Shown: positions 20,564 to 31,612 of the stretch, piece after piece | Numbering within the stretch: the stretch's first letter is position 1 | Layout: each line of letters starts with the position of its first letter | Assembly (NCBI GenBank): GCA_044226015.1 | Contig: JBGAHS010000004.1 | Span: forward strand, 96,001-160,000 | Source: Candidatus Obscuribacteraceae bacterium | Lineage (GTDB): Bacteria; Cyanobacteriota; Vampirovibrionia; Obscuribacterales; Obscuribacteraceae | Direction: 5' to 3' | Length of the DNA: 64,000 nucleotides | Notes under the pieces: generated by a model | The model's input: only the letters and a program-made list of their open reading frames with translations | Database searches by the model: none | What the model was told of the DNA's origin: nothing | Position numbers and translations under genes: made by a program

Positions 20564-21544
20564 TTAGTGTTTTAGAGAATCTGCGAACACAACTATCGTG
20601 TGTGTCAGGTATTGAATGCCACCATACACAACAAGTGCTGAAGTGAAAAGCCAGAGCAATATTGTGATTTGAATAGGTCTGTCTTTGAGCAGAACCTCTT
20701 CTGGTGTTCCAGTATTAGCATTCTTTTCCGTGGACAATTGTTGGTAGCGCATCAAGCCATAGATGACAAATGGCACGGTGAGCATCATCCATTGACCGTG
20801 GATTGATTGAAAGCTGTAGAACACGTATGAGGTTAGAAGGCTGGGAAGTATGAGTGATTCCAGTCTATCTAAAAACTGAATGGTGTAACCTTGCAGGGCT
20901 TTCCTGTGCAGGTCTGCTTGATTTTGCAAAACAGATAATTCGTTTCGACGTTTCTCCAGAGCCAGAAAGATTGCGCCCAAGCCGGTGCAAAGAAGAAACC
21001 ATCCGGACATAGGAACGTGGACTGCCACTGCTCCTGCAACTGCGCGCAAAAGAAAACCTGCTGCAATCGAGAGTACATCCAGCAAAGAAATGTGCTTCAA
21101 CACATAAGAATAAGCGACTGTGAGAATTAGATATGCGATGAGAACCAGCGTCAATGCCGGTCTGACTAGAAAGCTCAAGGCGAGTGCCGAAGGGGCTAAT
21201 ATTGCCGCCATCGTCCACGCTGTTGAAATGCTGACTTCACCGGCTGCAATCGGGCGGCGACATTTCGTCGGATGCTTTTTATCGGCTTCGCAATCGAGAA
21301 TGTCGTTGACTATGTAAATGGAGCTGGAGATAAGGCAGAAGGACGCCACGCATAAGCATTCATCCAAGAGGAGATTGAGGTTGTTTGCCTTTGCCGCAAA
21401 GAGAAGTGGGGCAAAGGCAATAAAGTTTTTCGGCCACTGTTTTGGACGCATGACCCGTAAGAGAGGCATGCTCCTTTTCTTTGTAGCTGTGTCGGTGGCG
21501 GTTTCGGGTGCTTGCACGTGCGGATCAATCCTTTCCATGATCAT
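20564..21544 (-). CDS. UbiA-family decaprenyl-phosphate phosphoribosyltransferase-like protein
   Basis: RPKQWPKN, YIVNDILD.EADKKHPTK..RPIAAG, LEKRRNEL, GTPEEVLLKD motifs; multi-TM. Confidence 0.87.
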   Translation of the reverse strand: MIMERIDPHVQAPETATDTATKKRSMPLLRVMRPKQWPKNFIAFAPLLFAAKANNLNLLLDECLCVASFCLISSSIYIVNDILDCEADKKHPTKCRRPIAAGEVSISTAWTMAAILAPSALALSFLVRPALTLVLIAYLILTVAYSYVLKHISLLDVLSIAAGFLLRAVAGAVAVHVPMSGWFLLCTGLGAIFLALEKRRNELSVLQNQADLHRKALQGYTIQFLDRLESLILPSLLTSYVFYSFQSIHGQWMMLTVPFVIYGLMRYQQLSTEKNANTGTPEEVLLKDRPIQITILLWLFTSALVVYGGIQYLTHTIVVFADSLKH

Positions 21545-21600
21545 GTACCCAAAATCTTATGGGCTGGCACAGGCTGTCCGCGTTCAGTTTTATCAGCAGT

Positions 21601-22533
21601 CTAAGTCAAACAACATGCTTCAAGAGCAGGGTGAACTTTGATTTTGTCGACGTATTTGGCTACGTCTTCCTCTTTTCTCAGAATGCCATCTTCTGTCACC
21701 AATCCGGCGATCCAGTTGAAAGGGATCAGCTCGAACTGGCGGTTAATTACTTTGACATTTGCTGGAGCCGAATCCCAGATTTCCGATCCTGGTCTTTGAT
21801 GGTCTTCGAAAGAGAAGAGCCAATCGTCACTGACGAACTTTTCCGTCCCTGCCAGCGCGAAAATAGGAATTTTCAGCTCGCGGCAGGCAAGAGCTAGAAG
21901 CCATGAGCCAACCTTGTTTACGATGCCAGGTCTGGCGACTGCGTCAACACCCATGAAAGCGACCCTGCAGCTTGGCAGAAAGAGTCCCATTGCAGAGTCA
22001 AACGTGTGGGTGACTTCAACTCCGGCTGAAGCCAGCATGTCAGCTAGTTTTCTCCCTTCCATGCTGGGACGTGACTCGGTGCAAACCACGCGAAATGGTT
22101 TTTGCTGGCTTTTGGCATTCAGCAGGCTTGAAACCACTGTTGAACTGAATGAATAGGCAAAAACCGTTTCGCCCCACGGAACCAACTTGCTTGTTGCCTC
22201 AGCTATGACAGAAGCACTGTTGCAGAGACGGTTTTCGAAGTTGTCCGCTACTTGTTGGCAGTTTTCTCTCAAGTCGAGCAAGTCAGAATGCTTGTCGGCT
22301 TCGAAAAGCATGTCATTGGCAAGATTGAATAACGGAGCCATTGCCGGTTGTCCCTTGATAAGCTCAGCTGAGACCCTGGCTAAATCAGCCCGGGCTGAGC
22401 TTACGCTGGAAGCATTGTCCAGAATGAATCTGTAGATGTTGATAGCTCTGAGTCCAAGCTCTGCTGCGCCAGAGGTGAGATCGTCAGCTATTGTGGATAC
22501 CATTTGCTGTAAATCTTGGGAACTACCCATCAC
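21601..22533 (-). CDS. eIF-2B alpha/beta/delta / sugar-phosphate isomerase family protein
   Basis: SGAAEL, QPAMAPL.N, ESRP.MEG, GVDAV...IVNKVGS, FELIP...GLVTEDG motifs. Confidence 0.85.
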   Translation of the reverse strand: MMGSSQDLQQMVSTIADDLTSGAAELGLRAINIYRFILDNASSVSSARADLARVSAELIKGQPAMAPLFNLANDMLFEADKHSDLLDLRENCQQVADNFENRLCNSASVIAEATSKLVPWGETVFAYSFSSTVVSSLLNAKSQQKPFRVVCTESRPSMEGRKLADMLASAGVEVTHTFDSAMGLFLPSCRVAFMGVDAVARPGIVNKVGSWLLALACRELKIPIFALAGTEKFVSDDWLFSFEDHQRPGSEIWDSAPANVKVINRQFELIPFNWIAGLVTEDGILRKEEDVAKYVDKIKVHPALEACCLT

Positions 22534-22745
22534 GTTATCCTCATGTCAATTTTTGCCAGCTGTTCTTACTATATCGATTTTTTGTATGACTGATGCCAGT
22601 CTTTCTAAACATAATATATTTCCTGGCAAGAAAGTTTTGAATGACTGCGGTCACATTAGTGAGATGACTTTTGCCGGATGGCGAAAGCGCGCTTGAGGCG
22701 TAGGATGAGATTACTTTGATGCCTTATAAGTGTGGAGCTGAAGAA

Positions 22746-22967
22746 ATGAATAATCGCCTCACCGTCCTGTGGCTAGCAGGGCTGACTGTTTACGTTTCCT
22801 GTGTTTCGAACGATGTTTACCGAGTTCTGAAAAATGTCGAAAATGGGCAGTATTGCACGATGAAATACATGGAGAAAAGCGTGCCAATTTTGCACAAGCT
22901 AAAGCATTCTCGCTATCTAGCTGACGAAATGAAAGCGGCTGATGCAAATGAAACTAAGGTGCACTAA
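22746..22967 (+). CDS. Small hypothetical protein with N-terminal hydrophobic segment
   Basis: GGAG upstream of ATG 22746; MNNRLTVLWLAGLTVYVSC...; fills the gap between two minus-strand genes. Confidence 0.4.
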   Translation: MNNRLTVLWLAGLTVYVSCVSNDVYRVLKNVENGQYCTMKYMEKSVPILHKLKHSRYLADEMKAADANETKVH

Positions 22968-24561
22968 TTTGTTCGACGGCTGATTTCATTTGTCTTGTCA
23001 GAATGCTTTGCTTGCTTGTTTCTGTCAAATGTGACCAGGGCAGGCACTCGTCTAGCGGAATCTCTCGGTAGATGTAAAAATCAGAGCCGGGGTGCTCAAG
23101 ATCTCTGGCTTTGAAGGCTCTCTTCCAGTCTCCAAGTTTTCCGCTAGTATTTGCAAGTTGCAAGAGCAATGGCGTTACTCGACGATCGGCCCGACTCAAG
23201 AAAGTTTGAATGTCACTCCAGTTGTGGCTTTCTGTCCGCACATCAATGCCAATCTTTGAAAGTTTCTTGCGCAAATATTCAAGCTTGTCCCCAGAGGCTT
23301 TGTCTCTGCCGCTCCATTGGAACGGAGTCTGTGCTTTGGGGACAAATGAGCTGACACCAAATACGATGCGTAGCTTCTTGAAGCGTTTCTTGATTTCGCT
23401 CAAAAGACGCACTGTCTCATCCAGGTCTGCATCTATTTCTCCAGGCAGTCCAACGATGCCATAGAACTTCACTTGTTCTATGCCGCTGCTTGCAATTAGC
23501 TCCATTCCCTGCCAAATTTCTTGTTCTGTGAGATTCTTTCTCATGATTTTGCGCAGTCTTTCAGAGCCCGATTCAAGCGCTATGGTGACCGATTTTTGTC
23601 CAAGAGCTACTAACATTTTCAGAATCAGAGGGTCGATTGTGTCCATGCGAATTGATGAAATCGAAACCTTCAACTCTGGTCTTTTTATAAGCTCTTCTGC
23701 GAGTTCGGAAAAGGCGGGGTGCTCAGTCACTGATGGTCCAAGAATACCAACGCGCTTTGTGTGCTGCATTGCCATATCTATTTTCGCCAGGACAGTAGAG
23801 ATGTTTGCCGAACGAAACGGACGAGTTAAGTAGCTTGCAAGGCAAAACCTGCACTCCTGTGGGCAACTGCGCACGAGTTCTAGCAAAAACATATCGCCCC
23901 AGCTTCCGTCGGGGCTCAAAATTACTGAATGCGCAAGATAGTCATCTGCTGCCGTGTATATTTGTTTCTTTGGGGGGTCAATGCTATCGGTGATGCCTTC
24001 AATTCGTTCAATGGGACCGTCTTTTTCTGCGCATACATATCTGAACATCGAAGGCACGTAGGCACCAGGGGCGGTGCTCAAGATTTCGAGTTGTTCTTTT
24101 CTCGATTTTGCATGGCGAGCCTTCCTCCATGCGGAGACTAAGCCGGGAATGGTTATCTCTGCATCGCCAAGCAAAATCACATCGAAAAACTCAGCGAAGG
24201 GTTCTGGGTTGGCCGAAAGACTTGGTCCGCCGCCGAATACAATTGGGCAGTTTATGTCGCGCTCTGAAGCCAAAAGCGGTACGGAAGCGCTCTTCATCAT
24301 AGAAAGGATATTGAAATAATCCAATTCCCATGAAAGGGTGAAACCTAAAAGTTCTGAGCTTTCCCATCCGCTTTCGGCGATATCAGTGAATGTTCGCGAG
24401 ACTTCTACATCGGGCTCATGTTCTAAGAGCCACCAAATCAATTGATAACCTAAGCCGGACATTCCTACTGTGTACGTGTTCGGATATGCCCAAGAAATCT
24501 TTATTTCAGGACTGGACTTTTGGGGTCGGCGAACCAGCAGTATTTCGTTTTTAAAGCTCAT
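22954..24561 (-). CDS. Radical SAM protein with N-terminal B12-binding-like domain
   Basis: YPNTYTVGMSGLGYQ, GGP...NPEP, CPQECRFC (CxxxCxxC), FVPKAQTPFQW. Confidence 0.88.
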   Translation of the reverse strand: MSFKNEILLVRRPQKSSPEIKISWAYPNTYTVGMSGLGYQLIWWLLEHEPDVEVSRTFTDIAESGWESSELLGFTLSWELDYFNILSMMKSASVPLLASERDINCPIVFGGGPSLSANPEPFAEFFDVILLGDAEITIPGLVSAWRKARHAKSRKEQLEILSTAPGAYVPSMFRYVCAEKDGPIERIEGITDSIDPPKKQIYTAADDYLAHSVILSPDGSWGDMFLLELVRSCPQECRFCLASYLTRPFRSANISTVLAKIDMAMQHTKRVGILGPSVTEHPAFSELAEELIKRPELKVSISSIRMDTIDPLILKMLVALGQKSVTIALESGSERLRKIMRKNLTEQEIWQGMELIASSGIEQVKFYGIVGLPGEIDADLDETVRLLSEIKKRFKKLRIVFGVSSFVPKAQTPFQWSGRDKASGDKLEYLRKKLSKIGIDVRTESHNWSDIQTFLSRADRRVTPLLLQLANTSGKLGDWKRAFKARDLEHPGSDFYIYREIPLDECLPWSHLTETSKQSILTRQMKSAVEQISAP

Positions 24562-24778
24562 GGCTTGATTATACTTGGAATCTAAAGCTGCTGGCAGGGG
24601 CGCTCAGGTAGTTTGAAGAACTGATACAAGCACTTGAAAAACGGGCGGAGAGAACAAGAGCTGCTGACTTGAAGATTCCCTTACGAGCGCTACTGCACAT
24701 CCAGAAAGCATATCTTAAGCAGCTGAGCTTGGCATATCGACTGGTACAGCCAGGCGTTAGAAATGATTTCAGAGGCGA

Positions 24779-24821
24779 ATCACATCGCGTCGCATCGAAT
24801 CGAATCTCGTCGAATCGCGTC
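24779..24821. repeat. Imperfect pentanucleotide tandem repeat (RTCGM, about 8 units)
   Basis: ATCAC ATCGC GTCGC ATCGA ATCGA ATCTC GTCGA ATCGC GTC. Confidence 0.6.
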
Positions 24822-24982
24822 TTCTGAAGCGCAGCTGATGATGGCAGGGCAATCAAAATAGTCCAGAAAAGAAACGAGAGGCTTTGAAGAGCCTCTCGAA
24901 TTGGTTTTTGGACTAGGTGAGCCGTCACCATATTTGGTATCAGGCTGTGGACTGGTAAGGGAAAAACAGAACGAAGTAAAAA

Positions 24983-25462
24983 TTATGCGGACACAGCTTT
25001 TGCTGAACGTTTGTTGTTTTTCTTAGGCAGGTGTTTTTGCCAGTCGTCTCCTAGCGAGGCAAAAAATTCATGCGCATCAAGCACGTCATCGTAATTTATA
25101 CGAGTGGCTTTTGATAGCCGTTGGATATCCGACCTGCTCCAGTCGGCGGGATAAGGTGTATCTTCCTCAATGGAAGGCAGAGAGGATTTATTGCGAGCCT
25201 GTCTTCGTGGCGGTGCCTGATAAGCACCAGGATTATTGCCACTCATTCCGACCAACGCTATACCTAGTGGTTGACCGCAACTACAACAGGTCACGCGCAC
25301 TACAACCATGCCAGGTTCTTCTCTGATAAGTTCAATTCCATCTGCAATAAAGTTCTTATCGCAGTGTTTACATGTTCTTTGTTGGAAGTACTCTTTGATC
25401 AAATGGAAACCATTGCCTTGGGAACTCCCTTCAGGGTAATTGCCGCCGCAAGATTCATACAT
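24983..25462 (-). CDS. Hypothetical zinc-ribbon protein
   Basis: CKHC...CCSC pairs; C-terminal INYDDVLDAHEFF. Confidence 0.7.
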   Translation of the reverse strand: MYESCGGNYPEGSSQGNGFHLIKEYFQQRTCKHCDKNFIADGIELIREEPGMVVVRVTCCSCGQPLGIALVGMSGNNPGAYQAPPRRQARNKSSLPSIEEDTPYPADWSRSDIQRLSKATRINYDDVLDAHEFFASLGDDWQKHLPKKNNKRSAKAVSA

Positions 25463-25928
25463 ATCGAACCACCAGTTCTAGTAACTAGAGAAACCGAATG
25501 ATACCACTGCTAGTTTCATCAACTTTGAGGATGTGATCCGCAAAAGCCATACAGCTCTTTCGAATAGAAAGATTATAACTGAACTATTGAAACTGAAAAG
25601 AGCTTTTTTCCTATTTCGCGATATTTTCTTCAGTAATATCAAATATGATGGCAAATATTTTCTGCATATCTTGGCCGTTATCACTATATCGGTATCACAT
25701 CATGTTCTGATAATTGCAGAATATGCGGTTTCCGGAGAACTTGTTGCTGATAAATCAGTACTAAGGATGGTGTCATGGGGGACTGCCACCAAATTAGACT
25801 TTTTCAAGTGATACCAGAGATGTGCCACCATGGGTGCAACTACTTTTTCTTCACTCCAGCTAATCTGGTTTCTAATTTCCAGGCTGCCTGATTATGCGTT
25901 TTGATACAGTCTGGTAGCTCTTGCATGA

Positions 25929-27368
<1,440 letters not shown>

Positions 27369-27456
27369 ATTCCTCGAGTAGGGCACTAAATGTGGTGCTT
27401 TGCTCGGTCTGAGATCTTGGGCGCACTAAATATGGTGTGCAATTAAATCAAGGCAA

Positions 27457-27497
27457 AAAGAGAGGTCTGACTCTGGTCGAGACCTCTCTTTGCTTTT
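27457..27497. terminator. Hairpin terminator after eno
   Basis: AAAGAGAGGTCT...AGACCTCTCTTT 12-bp stem with T-rich tail. Confidence 0.7.
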
Positions 27498-27869
27498 GTA
27501 TGCTGGAACAGGGCTAATTACTTCGCTATCTGGCACGCACTGCTTGCAGTGGCATGGCAATATTGGGCACCATGCGCAGTGCGACACTATTTGTGGTGGC
27601 AAGGTGGCTGCTTGAGGCGTGTCCCTGCATGTGGTGGCAAATTCCGGACTGCTGCCTTGGAGGGCACTATATCTGGCCTCGGGCGGGAAACCTTTGCCTG
27701 CTAGCGCTTTTGGAAGCTCTTTGTTTTGAGAAAATCCCATCCTTATATATGTATTCGCGCTAATGATTTTGCTGTGAAAGATCCGAACATGCTTGTAAGC
27801 AATAGTGATACCATGTCTAGTGCTTGGGAGTCTTGAGCAAGCAAAGTTGAACGGACTTGCCCTGAAACA

Positions 27870-27894
27870 AAAAGGCACCGGGAAGGTGCCTTTT
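27870..27894. terminator. Bidirectional intrinsic terminator
   Basis: AAAAGGCACC-gggaa-GGTGCCTTTT. Confidence 0.8.
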
Positions 27895-27916
27895 AACTTT
27901 CAATTTTTTGCCCAGT

Positions 27917-28582
27917 CTATTTATTCATGAAGGGGTTTCCGTCTCCGGAATGATCGTCTGGATCTGGCATTGGGGCGGCTGCAACGTTTTCTACTCCGGT
28001 ATTCAGTCTAACCAGTGTAGAACGAGTGCGGTATCTTCCCATGTAGCAACCGTCTGCGTATTGGTCAACTTCGCTCTCAGTGATCATTCTGTTCTTTTCC
28101 AAAATCTGGTAGCGATCGCGTGAGCGAGCTGCCCAAGAGCCATTGGAGTTTGGACCATAATAGTAATTTGTTTTATCGACCTGGTACTTGTTGGTACCTG
28201 TTGAGCTTACAGACTCTTGCGCTTCTGTCCAGCCGGGTTGCAAAAATCTTGCTACAACACGACCGTCTTGTGTTTTCACAAAATCAACTCGGGAGATCAT
28301 TTTCTGACCAACCGGAACTGAGTCAACGAGAGAATCAATAACTACCGTAACGCACTGCCAGCCGCCTTGCATTTCACTTGGAAACGAATCGGGGCGCGGG
28401 GCGGCCATGCTGTCAGAAACGCTGGCGCTCATTACACGTTCTTGCTCAACAGCATTTGTCTGGCTGACATAACCTGTCAAAAGAGCAGCATTTACTGGAG
28501 CCGAAATGAATCCCAAGATAGCTGGAGCTACTGCAAGAGCCATTACTGCTTGTCTCTTTAGTACTCTAGTGAAACCGTTCAT
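27917..28582 (-). CDS. Hypothetical secreted protein (predicted beta-rich)
   Basis: Signal peptide ending APVNA; GxW motif (GGWQC); AGAAGGA RBS; terminator downstream. Confidence 0.75.
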   Translation of the reverse strand: MNGFTRVLKRQAVMALAVAPAILGFISAPVNAALLTGYVSQTNAVEQERVMSASVSDSMAAPRPDSFPSEMQGGWQCVTVVIDSLVDSVPVGQKMISRVDFVKTQDGRVVARFLQPGWTEAQESVSSTGTNKYQVDKTNYYYGPNSNGSWAARSRDRYQILEKNRMITESEVDQYADGCYMGRYRTRSTLVRLNTGVENVAAAPMPDPDDHSGDGNPFMNK

Positions 28583-29444
28583 GATACCGTCCTTCTATCT
28601 GGAATTTCGCTACTGATTTTTATCAGTGGAGAGCAACTCCGATGTCATTAGCTAAATCGTGTACTCAGTTGCCTCTATAGAAGACATTCCCTTGGAAACT
28701 CGTTTTTAATCCTTAGTTTGATCTAAGCATCTTTTTTTAAGATTTCACAGCAACATTGGTCGTAAGTCAAGAAGATCATCGGCGGAAAACCGCAGCCGTT
28801 GCCGGTTGCCAAGTGGTGGCAAAGCGCCGCCGCCTCCTCTTTCGGGTTGGATGTCAAGCGATCTTGTGCCGCGGGATGTCGTGACAACTCGCGCAGTGAG
28901 CGAGGTTCCTGTGGTGTTTTTTTTGTGCTCCTATATATAAAGAATGAAATTCTGAGAGCCAAAACTTAGAGGCTTCGATTCTCAGTTTCTAGCGATTCTG
29001 TTTCTGCGTCTTTGTCTTTGTGCAGACTTCCTTTGGGAGCTTAGATGTCAGTGCTAGATTTTGGTTCCGAAATCCAGACTTGCGTGGCGCGACAATTCTT
29101 GCTCAGAAAGGTTTTCCATTTTTTTCCGTTCTCGTATTCACATCGTTAAGCTAATTGCTTGGTCTTTAGTCGACTGAGTTCTGAATCTCAGGCAATTCCT
29201 AAACGTTTTGAATGAAAAAAAATGTTCAATGGTCTTCTTGCGGGCTCAATTTTCTATTCGACGATGCAGCAGACTTGATAGCTGTTTGGTTCGGGACTTG
29301 AGGAGCGAATCAAAATACTTTGCTTTCATCTGAAGCAACCATCGCTGGTATCACATAATTTGAAGTACTAATTTGCAATGTTGGATAGGAGCTTTGTCAT
29401 TCAGTCTCTATCTTTTGAATATCTTATGGCAAGAAAGAGGTGAG

Positions 29445-29585
29445 TTGGAGAAAGGATTGCACGTGCTTCCTGCTTCAGTTGATATCAAAATTGCAATATT
29501 GAAGCTGGAAAGTTTGGCCGTGAAAATCCAGCAACTGACACCACAGATGGTGGAATACATGAACTCCTGGAGAACAGGTACATAG
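29445..29585 (+). CDS. Possible small protein (46 aa)
   Basis: AAAGAGGTGA upstream of TTG 29445 (a GTG at 29463 is an alternative start); downstream weak hairpin plus T run at ~29625-29650. Confidence 0.3.
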   Translation: MEKGLHVLPASVDIKIAILKLESLAVKIQQLTPQMVEYMNSWRTGT

Positions 29586-29802
29586 TTGATCGGATTGGGA
29601 TCTATATCTAACTGCTTTTAGAAGGCACCCTGGTCTGGGGCTGCTTTTTTATCGTGACGCACCTTTTGAAAATGCTCAGCATCCTGGAAATCAAATTTTG
29701 GCTTTGACACCATATACGGTTAGCACGTTTGTTAACTTGTGTGAATTCGATTTTTTCGAATTTGATTTGAAAAAATCGGATCCGATACAGTCGAATTAGC
29801 AC

Positions 29803-29832
29803 AAAAAAAGCGCTGTTTTTAGCAGCGCTCTT
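29803..29832 (-). terminator. Terminator of rpaB
   Basis: A run + AGCGCTG...CAGCGCT hairpin just past the stop codon. Confidence 0.75.
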
Positions 29833-29858
29833 CGTTTACTTTTGCTGTGTGCAAAAAA

Positions 29859-30584
29859 TTAGTTGATCTTCTGGAACATGTAACCGATACCGCGGGCGGT
29901 GAGAATCAAATCTGGGTTGGACGAATCATCCTCAAGTTTTGATCTCAAGCGGCTAATGTGCACGTCTACGACCCGTGTATCAATTCTGTGGTCGGGTGGG
30001 TATGCCCAGACCTGTTGAAGAATTTCGCTGCGTGAGAAGGGCTTGCCGGAGTTTGTAACGAGCAATTCGAGCAGGCTGAACTCCATGCCGGTCAAACGAA
30101 TTCTTTCATTCTTCTTGGTGACCTGACGCTTGTTAAGGTCAATTTTCAAGTTGCCGATACTAATGACATTGGTTGTCTTGCTTGTGGAAGCATCTTGAGT
30201 TCTTTCAACGGTTCTTCTCAATACCGCCTTGATACGTGCTTCCAATTCGCTCGGGCTAAATGGTTTCACGACGTAGTCATCAGCACCGATTTCCAGACCT
30301 TGAATTCTGTTGGAAACATCGGCAACAGCTGTCAACATGATGATCGGAGTATCAGATGTTTTGCGAATTTCACGGCAAACTTCGTAGCCATCAAGCTTTG
30401 GCAACATCACATCCAGAATGACCAGGTCGGGTTGAAATGCATTGAATTGATCCAATGCTTCTTGACCATCTGCCGCAGTCGCTACGTTGTAGCCTGCCAT
30501 TTTCAATCGAGTTTCAAGAATGCGACGAATAGAAGCCTCATCGTCCACAACGAGGATTTTCTCTTGACTATTCTGACCTTCCAC
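29859..30584 (-). CDS. rpaB: OmpR-family response regulator RpaB (Ycf27/Rre26 orthologue)
   Basis: EKILVVDDEASIRRILETRL, ERIRLTGMEFSLLELL, DTRVVDVHISRLRSKLE.D..NP.LILTARG.GY.FQ are characteristic of cyanobacterial RpaB. Confidence 0.9.
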   Translation of the reverse strand: MEGQNSQEKILVVDDEASIRRILETRLKMAGYNVATAADGQEALDQFNAFQPDLVILDVMLPKLDGYEVCREIRKTSDTPIIMLTAVADVSNRIQGLEIGADDYVVKPFSPSELEARIKAVLRRTVERTQDASTSKTTNVISIGNLKIDLNKRQVTKKNERIRLTGMEFSLLELLVTNSGKPFSRSEILQQVWAYPPDHRIDTRVVDVHISRLRSKLEDDSSNPDLILTARGIGYMFQKIN

Positions 30585-31612
30585 CAGCTGATCTCCGTTT
30601 CCAAATTAGTAAGAGCTGATGCCAACAGCAAATAAATTGTGTGCGCACAAGCGAGCTTTATATTTATCACAATTGGCCAATGATCTGCTGACACATACTT
30701 CAGGTGCGAAGAAATCATCGATAAAAGTGTTTTGCAAAATCTTGAAATGCATTTGGAGTAAGAGCCCGCTGCTGCTGCGAAGTGTAACTTCAAAATTTGA
30801 AACGCATTCTTTTGAAGATCAAAAACAATTAATGGACGGAACTCTTTCTTGACGACCATGTCTTTGAGATCATCGGGCGTAAATCATGTCACCCGATGAG
30901 TGCTGTGGCTCAATGGATTTCAGCTTTTGTTCGATTTGAACTTTGAGCTTTGGCTTATAAAAAGGATTGCCTGAGCCCAAAATTGTTTTTGGAATGTTTC
31001 TCTCGACATCTGGCTCAAAGGCAGTGGTAGCAAGGATCGGCTTATCAAGTAATAACAAACGTGTAGCAACGAGGATGCAGTACATGTCACATGGCACCAC
31101 CGGCGACACCTGGTTTGACTAGGCTCGGGCGTGTTGTCAGTCTCTTGACTGGCTGATAAGCAGACTATTTTTCTAAATGTACCCACTTAAATGAAAATAG
31201 GTACTACCTCAGGGAAAAAATTCTTGTTATTATCCTGGTCATTCGGGGAAATGGCTTTCTCCCTTGACAATGACTCGGTTCTACTTACTAAAACTTCGAA
31301 CTCGAAACAAAAATCGTTGTCAACGAAAAAGCCATCATAGCTAAGCAACTTTCGTTGCACTAGTGAGTAAGCCGGACGATCCCCCCACCGCTGGCGACTG
31401 CTGCTAACGCAGACAGGTTAAAACAAAAATGGCATCCCACGTTACTAGCATTCGTCATTAATTGATCGTTCTTGGTTTCTCAATCCTAGAAAGGTTTATG
31501 GCAAAAAAATTGTGTCATTCCACAGTCATCATGCTAAGCTTCTTGGCTTAAGGAATGAATCGTGTGTTCTGCCAGTCAGGCACGTAGAGGTCAGAAAGAG
31601 GAAGGATTTCGT

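Noticed and set aside
24569..24931. 120-aa minus-strand ORF
   Set aside because: Atypical composition, contains a pentamer microsatellite, no clear RBS; coding status unsupported.
27426..27878. 150-aa minus-strand Cys-containing ORF
   Set aside because: Starts within one terminator hairpin and runs through another, with no recognisable motif. A shorter version from ATG 27740 cannot be excluded.
28112..28119. HIP1 octamer GCGATCGC
   Set aside because: Isolated occurrence within a CDS; no enrichment noticed.
30585..31612. HLR1 (RpaB) boxes or a known riboswitch upstream of rpaB or the secretin
   Set aside because: No convincing tandem (G/T)TTACA(T/A)(T/A) repeat or riboswitch consensus recognised by eye.
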